A stretch of DNA of 64,000 nt, taken from NCBI GenBank assembly GCA_001600815.1, contig BCKZ01000001.1, forward strand, positions 1,521,389 to 1,585,388, in the 5' to 3' direction. Positions within the stretch are counted from its first letter, which is position 1, and every line of letters begins with the position of its first letter. The position numbers and the translations under genes were made by a program. The notes beneath the pieces were generated by a model. It had not been told where the DNA came from. It worked only from the letters and a program-made list of their open reading frames with translations, and made no database searches. Below are positions 13,478 through 26,200 of this stretch, in pieces. Origin of the DNA: Alloascoidea hylecoeti. Taxonomy: Eukaryota.

Positions 13478-15754
13478 TTATATAAAAGAATTTTCATAAT
13501 TTAAAGAAGTTAAAGGGTTTGATATTGAAGGAGGTGAACAAAAAATTGATATTAAATGAATATCATCTAATTCAGCAGCAGCTGAATTTGAGTTATTTTC
13601 ATAATCATAATCGTAATCAGAATTTGAATTAATATTATCATGATCAAAGGGAACATTTGTAATTTCATTATTTAAATCATTTGTAAAAGATTTAACAGAA
13701 CCACAAGAACTTGAATCTAAACTTGTTGTTGATAATGTAATTGATGATGAAGAAGTTGAAGAATTCCTCGAAGATTGACTACTTATATCATCACCATTAT
13801 TTGATGAAGAAGAGATTGTTGAAGGATAATAATTCATATAATAATCATCACCTAAAATTGTCATTCTATCTAAATAATATTTTTTTAAAGCTTCAGCATC
13901 AAGTACTTCACTATAATTCTTTTGACTCTTTAATTTATTATCAAATTGATTATTTAAAATAATTGGTAAACAATCATTTAAATCCAATTCAGTTAAATTA
14001 TCAAAAAATCTAATACTCGTTTCTTTTATATTAGAATTTAATCTTCTTGATTTTTTTTGACAATGAAATTCTTCAATAAAAGGATTAAAATTTACTAAAG
14101 CTTTATTTAAAATTTGTATTCTTTTTGTAAAAAATTTAAACAATTTTGAAGGATAATCAATAAATTTAAAATAATCTTTTGAAATTAATAAATTTTTTGT
14201 TGGTATAACATTTTTAAAATAATCTTCATCATATTCAATTAATGAAACAGGACCTGTAAAACCAATCATAAATAAATATCTTGCATCAGGAAAAATTGCA
14301 TCTAAAACTTTTGAAACAGTATGATAATATAAATATAAAATTTTTTCTTGTGCAGTATATTGATTTTTTTTATTATCAATATTTATTGCTCTTGATGGGA
14401 ATTTTGAAAGCCATTGTTGTAAATAAGTATATAAAATATAAGGAGAATACATTGTTGCAGTATCAGTTCTTGGGAAAGTTGTTGTTAAGAAATTTAAAAT
14501 TTTCATTAAATAACAAACTAAATGATCATGTTCAGTAATTAATAAGATATCATTTGAAGATTCAATAAAAGATTGAATTGATTTGACTTTTAATATTAAT
14601 TCATCTAAGAAAAGTGGTTCATAAGCAGGGAAATAAATTGATTTAAAGGATTGAAATAAAGAGCTCGAAGTCCATTTTGCAATTGTTGTTGCCTTTGGTT
14701 CAACATTTTCCATTTGTTGTAATATTGCAGTTAAACCTTTCACAAAACCAACGAAATCTGAAGGATCGGAATTTTTTTGATATAGAATGTCCCAAGACAA
14801 GAACAGACTTGAGGATAAATAAATATCGCCACTATTAATATCTTTAATTATATCAAAAGTCAGGCCCTGTCTCATACTTTTCAAAGCTTTTGATCTGTAG
14901 TTATCAGATTCGGTTATTAGTTCAGGATCCCCGGTTTTGATTGCCATGAAAGTACAACTGAAGGTCAGGATGGCGTGGAACAATTGAGGATTTTTGAAAC
15001 TCTGCTCAAAACACATTTCCATCCAGGAGTCGTAGGAACCCTTTGTTTTCGAACAGTCGAAGCCCTCATCGGCCATTTTGATGGTATCTATTTTGACGTG
15101 GACATCGACGAGGTCTCGCTGGGGGAAGTCCATCGGGGGGATGCTGACGGCGTTGTAGTGGGGGAGGTCGTGTGGCACGGGGATGATGGGGACGGACTGG
15201 TGGCTCTGCGGGAGGCTCCGCGGGAGGGACAGGGAGCCGGGGCGGTGGGAGCCGAGGCGGTGGAGGCTTGGGTAGATCTGGGAGGTGGTGATCGACATCG
15301 GCCGCTGCAGGGTCCGGCGGCACCTCCCCACCTCCAGGCCGAGGTCCAGGGCTGAGTCGGCGTCCAGGCCGACCTCCACCTCCACGTTATCCAAGTAGGA
15401 GCACCGGCACTACTGCTGTTAGCTAATTGTACGACTGCGGTAACTATAAAAAGTGATGGCACTTACGTTGGACTTGATGCACTTGTCGCACGTGGGCTTG
15501 GTCTCGTCGCACTTGATTCTTCTTTCCTTGCAGTTTTTGCAGCCCAGGTGGGAGTTCTTGTGCTTCCGTCTCTTACGCTTGGTGGTCGTCGTGTTCTTGG
15601 CCGCGTCCTTCTTGACTCGATCTTTCTGGGATTCGGGGTTGAGTCTGACGGTCTTCGGGGGCGTGGGCGAGCAGTCGGCGGAAAGGAAGCCGGAGCCGCA
15701 GGAGGCCCCGGACGGATCCACGAATATCATACTCCTTCGGATTGCGCCCTTCAT
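13478..15754 (-). CDS. Zn(II)2Cys6 transcription factor (Upc2-like, fungal-specific TF C-terminal domain); join(15467..15754, 13478..15409)
   Basis: RRKHKNSHLGCKNCKERRIKCDETKPTCDKCIKSN, then intron 15410..15466 (GTAAGT..GCTAAC..TAG), then CRCSY completes the six-Cys cluster. Downstream LFHAILTFSC..YRSKAL resembles Upc2-family middle regions. Confidence 0.88.
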
Positions 15755-18069
15755 AGCTGTAGAAATAATAGATGTTCTTCAGGAGGTTCAAAGGGATTTC
15801 GTTGTTTTTAAATGCTTTCATTTCTGCAGAGAACTCCGTATTTTAATTACAATTATTATTATGGTCACTGGAAAGTTGAAAGTAATTGAAAAGTAATTCG
15901 ACGTCTGTTATGTGTCTACCCGGTCCGTGCCTGCTACAGGTGACCCGCTGCTGCAGATAATAATGGCTGCTGATTGGTACTTTTATTATAATAACCGCTT
16001 CTATTATTTATCATCTTCATGCCGACGGTTGGGGTTGGCTGTCTTCATCCGATGCTCTTCTGCCTGCTACGTCGTCTCCATCTGATTTCTGACCTCACAG
16101 GCCACTCCAACCCTCCAGAACCTCCCAGATGTGTGCCTAGCAGCTCAAAAAGTGCCTTGCAGCAAATCATCCGTTTTCATGTTTTGACCCATGAAACCTC
16201 AAATATGCATTGTTTCTTTTATTGTTCCCATATGGAGGTTAAGGTTGACCGAAGGCGCGCAACACCGTTAGTACAACCTAGCTTTCTACACCTAACATGC
16301 AATAATAAGCTTATCCTTCAATCTTTCATTTCATTTCACACATATCAATTGCATATCATCAATTCAAGTATAGGTGTGATCACTCTACAATGACTTAGCT
16401 AATCATCCAAAATTAATCTATATTTGTCATCAACTTCTTTCTTGCTGTTGTATCTTGTCTAGATTTCCTTCCTCTGTTCACCATCTGTTTATGTCAATTA
16501 CAACGTGAAACAAAGAAATCTTGTAAACATATTGTGTACAATAGATGCACGTGCGATTCCGCTTCGGTATACCTTCAAAGTATTATAATATTGTGATTTC
16601 AAACCAAAAGCTTAATTTTCCTCTTGTAATTCTAAAATATACTCACCGCAAAATTTTAAAAGGCTAAATTTGATGTTTTCAAACAATGCCATAAGTGACT
16701 GAATGTTAGCAGATACGTATATCTATTGATAGTAGCCTTTTAATTGATCTTCTACATGTTATTCAATCCGTATAGATATCAATGTTTAGATGAGTGCTGT
16801 TCTTATACTTTATATTAACGTTTATCAGAATTAGTAGAGTTTTTAAAATGCCAGATCTTTTACCTAGATAGTTGTGTAAGTATCACATAATCTGATTGAC
16901 AGCCCCAAATATATTGAGTAATGGCCAGTTGGCTGCTGCATCTTCTAGAAAACCTTTAAATTTCAGATTTAGATATGACACTTAACACTTACATCTATAC
17001 TTCCACTGAGACTTTACACTTGTACTTGAAATTTATATTGGTATTATATCCCATGAGGGTTTAGAATCTGTAATTATACAATAATACGAGATTATAAAAC
17101 AAACAAAGTAACTCGTGATTATCTTTCCGTTCCTTCAATCTTCAAATTTTACCAATTATAATTCTCAATCATATCATTTTCATATCAATGATTATAATTA
17201 CTTTTATTTTATTCTATAATGATTTAACTTGCTGTTTTTGTTAATCGGGATATCTAACTATTAAATATAAAACAATTATCTTTGTATACTTCTAAAACTA
17301 ATTATAGCTTTAGCTAGCACATTATCATTTTAAAATGTTATTTCGGGTCTTATCCATGAAAATTTTAATTCTAAATTTTGGAACTACCTAGTTGTACCTA
17401 CCCCAGATGATAATAATCAAATGATCAGATGATTTGTACAGGTTTCATGATCTTTGATAAAATACAAAACTGCAATTATATAATGTTAATGTTATAGACA
17501 TTAACATTATATATTAAAATTAATCATTTTATCGTACATTTCATGAAAAGCATCCAAAAAAAATAGCTCCTATTTTCGTTAAAACTGTTTCTCTTCAAAA
17601 CTCTTTAGAGGTTAATTAACCGAGAAAGTAGATAATCGTCTATATAATCGATATTCATTCAGATCCTTTTTACCTCAACTAGGTTTATTTATACTCTATT
17701 TATATTTCCATATTATATGCACCCAACAAGAAAATTTTCTCACTCTTTAAACATCAATTTCAGGCTCGTGCACCTTTGCGCTTACATCCAAGGATTATGA
17801 AAATGATTTATCTTAGATCCTCCTTTGGAATAAATAAGAAAAAAAAGAATAGAATAGAAAGAAAAAATCTGAAAATATAATGGTAAAAAAAATAGAAATA
17901 AACGTTTTTGGATTAATATACACCTAATATAGGTTTCCTCTTTTATAAATATTAACAATTATATCCTTATAGCAGTTATATAACCAAAGCCTTATTTGAT
18001 CTTACATTATATTAATATTTTATAAAATATACTGTTATATGTTAGGCAATTATAACTGATATGTTCTAG

Positions 18070-18145
18070 ATCTTTTTCTCTTTGGGATTTTTCTCTCTGG
18101 GATTTTTCTCTTCGGGATTTTTCTCTTCGGGATTTCTCTCTTCTC
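18070..18145. repeat. 15-bp minisatellite (GGGATTTTTCTCTTC-like), about 5 imperfect copies
   Basis: Seen directly; minus strand reads REKSR/REKSQ repeats. Confidence 0.85.
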
Positions 18146-20822
18146 ACATTTGAACTCTTTTGGCTTTTCTCTTTCACTGGCGCATTTAACTTTTTCTCCT
18201 GCAATTGGATATTTACACAATATTTAGAAATAGTTTGAATTAATTAAAATAATAAAAATATAATGGCTCATGTCTGAGGAGATATATGAATCATCAAATA
18301 TTTCTATTGAAATTCCATAACTTACGGATTTTATATATGAAAATGAAAAACTATTAATTTTGTAATGTAAATAAATTATTTAACTCCATCGTCTCTGCTC
18401 AAGGCCAAGCCGACGCCATTTATCCTCTTTACAATTATAATAGCTATATATAATAATAGATTTATAAAACATTTTGAGATTTCAGTTAACTTTATAAACT
18501 AGCGCTGTATGATGCATATTTTAAAATCCTCCCCCATCATTTTAACATCAAAAACTTTACACGTTTTATGATTATAAAAATCGACGATCTATTTTTATTT
18601 CTATAAATTACCGGTACCGATTGTTACGTCAAATTGTCAATATGATGTTTATACTAAATTAGGAACTCCGCAAATCTCCAATTTTTAAATTTTTATAAAC
18701 ATGAAATCTTGAAAATGTTCCATATAATTTAAATTTATATAGAACTTTCATTAAAAATATTAAAATTTATCATCGTAAATATGCAAAAATTTATAGAATT
18801 TACTTTATGAACATTAAATTATATTATTTTACAGTTAATTTATGTATAATATGATGTAGTCTAACATGTAAAAATATATTATTGTGAACCCCGACTATTA
18901 ACAGATCAAATATCAATGAAAAGATCTATAATAATCACACACCAATATTTTCACATATTCAATGGAATTGCAATGGAAATTGTAATGAAAATCGCAATTG
19001 GAATTTTCACTGCCTCATTATTCAACACTTTGAAACTACTATAATTTGTATTGACTGTTACAATTACACCATGCTATGTTATATTCTAGAATATTAAAGT
19101 TGAATTGGTAAAGGGGGTTTTAACACAAGGTATTCAATTCACGGATAACAAATTCAATTTCATTTATAAATTCGACCTAATTATAACTTAAGCTTACTTT
19201 TACTACATATTGCTTCTGAACAATCAGGAACCATCCCCCTCCTCTGCATCATGTATTTATATTGCAATTGATTGATTCAATTTGATTGATTCTTCGATTT
19301 GATTTGATCAGGGTTTTAAATGAATTACAATATTAAGTTTGAAAAGATGTTTACTTTTTTCTTGCTATAATTAACCGTAATTATAAAATTTATTTGCCAT
19401 AAAACAGATGTATAAGAACACTTTAAAATTTTAAGGATATCAAATGATGATCAATCATGTCCGATTGCGATAATTATGAAGATCGCGGTTAGTCCCGTGT
19501 TGCACATGATTTTTAACTTCATTGGCCAAAACCTATCCTCCCTCCCATATCTAGATGGAATAAATCTTCTATTCTATTCTTTTCATACAAATTAAATATT
19601 AATCCATCTATGTAACCTTATAGTTCTATAGATTACCCCTTGTGTTGCAAAACTTCAATATACAACCCATACTTCCTCATGACAATGACGAAGCTGACTA
19701 ACAATCGTTACTACAGCATTTTGTTAAATCCATGGTATTTGCTACCAAATGCATACTTTATACTTTGTGATAAAATGCAAATTTAATGCGTGAGGGAGCA
19801 ACTGGTAATGCACTCACTAGCTTGATAACAGAGACAAAATTTGTCCTAAAAGCCACAAAATATGCTTGAACTTCTATTTATTTGTGTACTTCCGAAGATT
19901 TTGATTAGATTTTTTCTTAAACTTAATTGTTCCATCACCATCCAAATTAAATCTATTATATATACCATTATTAGTCATATATAAGGTTTATATTAGAATA
20001 ATCTTACATAATCAGAACCTGAGTATACTCTCTTTTTATAGATTTACTTATTTTGGTAATAATCAAAGTGTAAAGTTCTCATTTTAATAATTTCAGAACC
20101 TTATTATAAGAAAGCTTAGACATATGATTATTAGATCATATAGTATGGACCTATGGAAAACTTCAGAGTTAAAAAATGGTTAGTTAATACTTAAGTATGG
20201 GAATATGCAGGGTAGATTTATTTGCTTAAATAGAAATAGAATACATATAAGAAAAAAAACTTAATCTTAAATAAGAGTTATCTTTTGCATATGAAAATGA
20301 TATTTCTAGCTCCCATTGTTTTTGTAATGATACTGGTAAACCCTAATGTTTTGACATATTAATATACAATATACATAACATGTATGCATTAATTTCAATT
20401 CTAATCTAACTAGATCTTCATTGTTATAAAATTGAAATACTTTAGGTATCAATTCATTTTTAAATGTATACTTATAACTTTTATGAAATTATCAATAGAG
20501 TACAAAATATATATCTAGTAAATTACAAAGGTACGACTATAAGCTAAGAGCTAGTATTGTTAGAGCCATGCAGTTGGATGGTGGACCATTGAATTGCAAT
20601 TAGAATTGCAGTTTTGGGTACTATGTATTTAATCTGAGTTTGAAGCTTGAATCGGGCAGTAGCTATCTATAAATGTAAAACACGCCCAAGACAAGTCGTA
20701 ACTAATTCAACTAATTTCAAATTTAATAACTAGCCTAAATTAAACAATAACAAAACAATACTAATATTAATTACAATTGCAACACAGCAAAAGAAAAAGA
20801 TAATCAATATATAATATATCAA

Positions 20823-23559
20823 TCAGGGGTATTGTCCTGGTGCAGGTCCAAAATGCCCCTTCACAATTAAGGATGGATCTTTTAATGGTGTTTGACTACC
20901 CTCAACTCCACCATACATAACTTCATTTCCTCACCAATTGATAGATTTATCATGGTATACAACAGCAAAAAATATAATAACACTAGAAAAAGCAACACCA
21001 GCATCAAGAGCTGATGCTAAGACGTAGTTATACTTCTCCCACCATGCCAAATGATGTCTTTTGATGTAGTACATAAAAACGAAGGATACATATAAGCCAG
21101 GAGTGTAGTAGGAAAGATTATAAGGAGCATAGATTAACAAACCACCAATAATCAATGCTAGGTTGAAATAACGAATAACTGAATATTTTTTAAAGTAATG
21201 CTTAGCCAAAATACATGGAATTGGTAACAAAGCGCCTATTAGGAAACACCATTGAAGAATTGAATATAATCCTCTAAAAACACGTTTTGGCCCAATAACA
21301 CCCCAAAATACAGATACTGAGAAGAATGTAGTAACACCTGGACAAGTGAATTTCTGCTTTTGAAGAGGTTGACATAAATCCACAGTATTGGCAATTTGCC
21401 AATTCATAACACCAATACAAACAAGACATTGTAATAAAACTGCAATCAATTGTCCTCTAAAGATTGATCTTGGTGGGACTTTAGCATAGTGTGCCATTTT
21501 TTGATCACTAATATAATTTTGTGCTTGACCATCTATGTTATATCCAATAGCTTTAATAATCATTAATGCTGTACCATTTCCTGGTAGTGCATATCCAATA
21601 ATTAGTTCAACTAATACATTCAATTCAAAACCCCAACCAGTCACTGCTGCAATAATAGTGATTGGAATCAAAAATACAAAATTAATACCCAAAGCGAAAA
21701 CAATTGTCCAAGCAGGGGTATTAGTTGGATATTTTTTAACACAAACAATAGCTAATACAAAAGAAATCACCAGCACAATAAGAAAACACCAATCTGGTAC
21801 TTCTTTATATTTTGACATCATTTTAGAGTGTGCATCTTCATGACCTTCAAAATGTCCTCTCTTCCAATTAACTATTGATTTATATAGATCAACAAAACTA
21901 TATCTGATAAAGTCCCAATCTGTGACAAAAATGTAAATAATAGAGAATGGATATATTGCAAAGAAAGCACCATAAACTAAAAAATTTCCAGCAGAGTAAA
22001 AAGGAGGTGAATAGCTTTGATACTTTGCTTCATCCAATAAACCATTGTTAATACCTGTTTAATTTGAAACCTTTCCCCAGTGTTTGTGAATAAAGCATTT
22101 GAATTCATAGGAATATATGCTGACCATTTATAATTTGTCCAGAAAAGTGCTGGAATGATAAACAAACCAATAAGTGACCCAACGTATTGATTAGCTAACG
22201 AGTAAAATGGAACTTTAAGTGGTTGACTATATGATATGATATTCCAATCAAAAGTAGTTACGGGATTTAATCCCATACCATAAAAAGTTCCAGTAATTGC
22301 TGCAAGATTAAAATTGTTTGGACTGATCCAAGTAATCCAATTGAATGATGAAGGGGCTTGAAATAAGTAATCAGGAAGCCAGAAATAAACAAAACTGCAT
22401 AAAAAGACAATAAAGAAAAATCTATATCTTGAAATAGTCCAACCATTGATATTTTGTTTAATCTCTGCTTTTAAAAGGGCTCTGTTAAGAGCAAGAGTAG
22501 GAAGAACAGTAGGCCAGATTGATCTTTCAGGGTACACAACTAAACGTCTCAAAACACCTGCAAATCCAACACCAAGATATTGTGAAGATAAAGTGAGAAG
22601 GAATTGAAAACCAATAGTAACCCATTCATTTGCATAATACATATCTAATTTTTGAGCATAAAAATTATATGCTGTAACATATGTAGTTCCATTGGCAATA
22701 CTTACCATAACAGTCGAAAAAATTTGTTCCTTAAATTCTATGGACCTGGATTTAGATGAAAGTTAAACACTAATAAGTTGACTTCTTTTTTAGGAAGAAT
22801 ATACTCTAAAAGTCTTCCAGTTGGTAACATCAACATCTGAAGCATATAAGTTGAAATTGAAACAGGTGGTTGTCTAACAGAAAAAAATTGATTAACTCCA
22901 GCACCAATAATCACCCAAATACCAACTACATATGCCCTAAATGTTTCGCAAGGCATATCTTCATCATCAAATGGATCTGTAACTGACCGAACTTCTGGAT
23001 ATGGTCAATGAAACTTAATCAATGCAGCCTCTATTCTTAAATCAAAATCATAATTTTCAGGATCTTTATACTCTTCCCTACCTTGAACTAACAATTCAAT
23101 CTTCTTGTATACATCGTGAGGGAAATTAACATCATTATTATTATTGAATAGAATTAGATGTTGATTCTTGTTCGCTCATTGTAATTGATGTCCTCAGATT
23201 GTATAAACACGTTGTTCTTAAACTCTTGGAAATTAAATATGAATATATTTATTATATTATATTTTTACGATACCTTCTAAAAATGTGGGAATTCCTCCAT
23301 ATAAATTATGGAATTATGATAAATCATTGCTTCATTAAGTATATTCATAGCATCGTCTTCCGAAAGTGATGAAATTTTGTCATATATATATAAGCTATTT
23401 CAGCTGGTATGGCATCTGTTCTTTATTGGCATCAGTCACATCATCAATTATATTTTCATCGACTGAATGACCTTTTTCATTAACTTCTCCAGTGATAGAA
23501 TCAGATGTATCAAAAACTATAGGCTTCTTTGGAAAAAAGCCCTTAACTGAATCAAACAT
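20823..23559 (-). pseudogene. OPT-family oligopeptide transporter pseudogene (OPT2-like)
   Basis: OPT motifs H*PYPEVRSVTDPFDD, GAGVNQFF..R.P, WPTVLPTLALNRAL, Y.EVPDW, KMAHYAK.PPR, WWEKYNYVLASALDAG, ending GHFGPAPGQYP*. Premature TGA at ~23006 and 20931, frameshifts near 22730 and 22040, and an insertion at ~23137-23312. Confidence 0.88.
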
Positions 23560-25449
23560 ATTTGATCAATAGTTAATTAACAGGAGTTATTTTCTAGATG
23601 TAAATAATAAAAAAAAAATTAATATACACAATTGCTATCTTTTAAATATTCACCAAGTTTCTATAAGTATCAGCTAAGAAACGCTAAAACACCCTTAATT
23701 CTCTAAAGCTAAAATTAATATTGCGAGATTTAGGATATAGAAAGGGGGGAAAAAGCTATATTGCACTCTTTCAAATAGTTATCATGGTATAAATATGCCA
23801 AATCTCTATAGACGTCAGATAAGAAGTACCAGTAATGAATTAGTGTAAATAAAACCTTTAATTATCGTTAATACTTATGTTGGCCTATAAGGTTACATTT
23901 AAAACACAATATTGATATCGCATTACTCTAAGAATTTGTTACTACTTGTATAAACCCTTTTACTTTAGGCAGAAAATATCATTTGGTATGATATAATCGT
24001 AACAAATAGTTGAAGTAAGCTTAAGATAAGTTTCTTGTAATTATAGACTTCAGAGCTGGAGTAATAAGTTTGCATAACGTCTTTACGCACGGCTGTTGAA
24101 ATCCAATTTAGAGTTATATCATACATTTAGTAGCTAAGTTAGCATATAATGCTGTAAGGCAAAGTCTATACGTATACCTGCATAACGCACCAAATTGATT
24201 TCGTTAATAAATTCCATACTGATTATCATAAGTTGAACAAAAATACTAAGCAACAAGGTCATTTAAATAATATCATTAAAGATATAGTTCTAACTTCAGC
24301 TGCAGTAGTTTATTGAATCTTCCTCACAAGTGGGTAAGACACATTACATTATACCGAATCTTTAATATGCTTAGACAATAGCCCAATTAGATATGCATAT
24401 GCCTAATTAATTATCCTTAAAATTCAATTATAACTAATTATACATCATACCAAGATTATATATTTTATTTGAAAATGTATTTCTTTAATGCTATTTATAA
24501 TCATTTAACAAGATCATCAATATTAATTTTGTTCTGACATTACTGATGTAGCAATATAACCTTGACATTTGTTCAGGAGGTTCAGACGGATAAAAATTAT
24601 CTTACGACAGAACTATTGTGATCAATATACAGTAGTTATTAGTAAGGTATATGTTATGTATTACGAAGAAGTTAAAAAAGACAAATAAGAGTTATACAGT
24701 AATATACACACGACCACCAGTCTCTTTCCATCTAAATGTTGAAACACGTCCACTATCACAAATCTATCAAAAAATTTAAAAGAAATTATGCATAAATGCA
24801 TATCAATATCTATAGCTTTTTGCTAAAAGCAGTTTTTGATTGACATCTAATTCTCCCAGCATGTGGGCTTTCCCGGACACCTTTAAAATCGTTTGCACCT
24901 ACCAACAAGAACATCAAATGTCTTTTTAAAGATGAAAGCGGATAGATAAATGGAAAATAGAATTTGGGTCATTCCTGATTTATCTTTATTATTTTGGGTC
25001 GAGGCTATCGCTAAGCTATTAAAATATTGACATATTCCTTCATTCGTACCGCGTACAGTAATATGCGGCGTTTTCCCACATATTTAGTGAATAATTACTT
25101 ACCTACCTTATGCGATAAGAACCCTCACACTCTCTAGCTAGTCAAAATTTCTATATGTTTGATTTATTATTAACTACACGTATGTGAAAATTGTATTACA
25201 GCACAACTATTTTTTTTTTTAGTTTTAGTTTGCATGCATTACCATATACAGTAAGTTTATATAATTGCAGACTTATATATATAGTAATTATGTATATGTG
25301 CATATGCAAAAATAGTTAATTAGTTAGTTACTATTACTATTGGAAGATTTCATTTCTGCTGGATATCCACTCTTGGGCAGCCAATAAAAAGGTTGGGCTA
25401 CTTTTAGTGTTACTTTCTGGGCATGGTATTTAATAGTTTGTATACTTTG

Positions 25450-26200
25450 ACGAACAAATGAGATGGCTGCCACCTTAATAAATGATTACCTAATCTTGTA
25501 TCTTTTAACCGCTTGAACTTTCCGGAAGTTACTTGCTTGTAAGTTGTAAGACATATCTCCAGTTACACATCACCAGTTATTTATCTAAATTATATCTAGA
25601 TGGCGGCTGAGTCGGTCATCCCTCATTGGACTATATTTGCCACGTAATAATATTGAGAAGACACTTCGACGCCACCTTCATTTAGCATCTTGCATCCCAG
25701 CCACCAATAATGACTTATTGAACCGAACGACACATTGGTCCTATGGAGCTACCTAGCTTCTTTATGAACTAATTGGTTCCTGTGAGGGAGGAATGACATA
25801 AAATGACGTAATTAATTGGAATAAACTAATTAGAGAGACGATGATCGGATCACAAAAGCTTACCTGGACAGGTTAAAACTAAGATTAGAAAGTATATTAA
25901 GGAGCAGTGGCAGGCAGTGCAGCAAGCTGGGGCCAAGGGAGAGTATTGGATGTTAAAACCATATGTTCAGTGCCGAGTAAGATTTAGCGACAATTTTCTT
26001 CCTAAAAGTTGGAAACCAATGGAACACAGGTTTATCCGGCGCCGAACTGGATATGTTTCAGGCATATTGCCACCGTTATTCCCTTAAGCTTGTAGAAGAA
26101 GAGGAATACAGCTATGGGACAGTGCAAACGATGAATCATAATATATGAATGTCATAGCAAACATAAGATGATATATTAGTTAGGAGCAAATACGATACTG
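25450..26200 (+). mobile_element. Degenerate non-LTR retrotransposon (LINE) ORF2 3' region with mutated CCHC knuckle
   Basis: KIRKYIKEQWQAVQQAGAKG..FIRRRTGY/(fs)FQAYCHRY..EEEYSYGTVQTMNHNI.EC matches the R(L)RTGH..F..Y.HR....C.CG..QT..H...EC pattern. Upstream AAESVIP..SILHP resembles the post-RT region. Confidence 0.6.

Noticed and set aside
14975..15896. Several long overlapping ORFs on both strands
   Set aside because: Shadow frames caused by the GC-rich, stop-poor 5' half of the Zn2Cys6 gene.
16019..16393. 124-aa ORF divergent from the Zn2Cys6 gene
   Set aside because: No recognisable motif or host-like codon bias; probably promoter sequence.
20931..23010. In-frame TGA codons in OPT as recoding or an alternative genetic code
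   Set aside because: Accompanied by frameshifts and an insertion; TGA terminates intact genes here (27975, 61362).
24840..24960. FIFKKTFDVL on the minus strand as an RT motif (D...AFD)
   Set aside because: Single short motif lacking the Asp, with no supporting neighbouring motifs.
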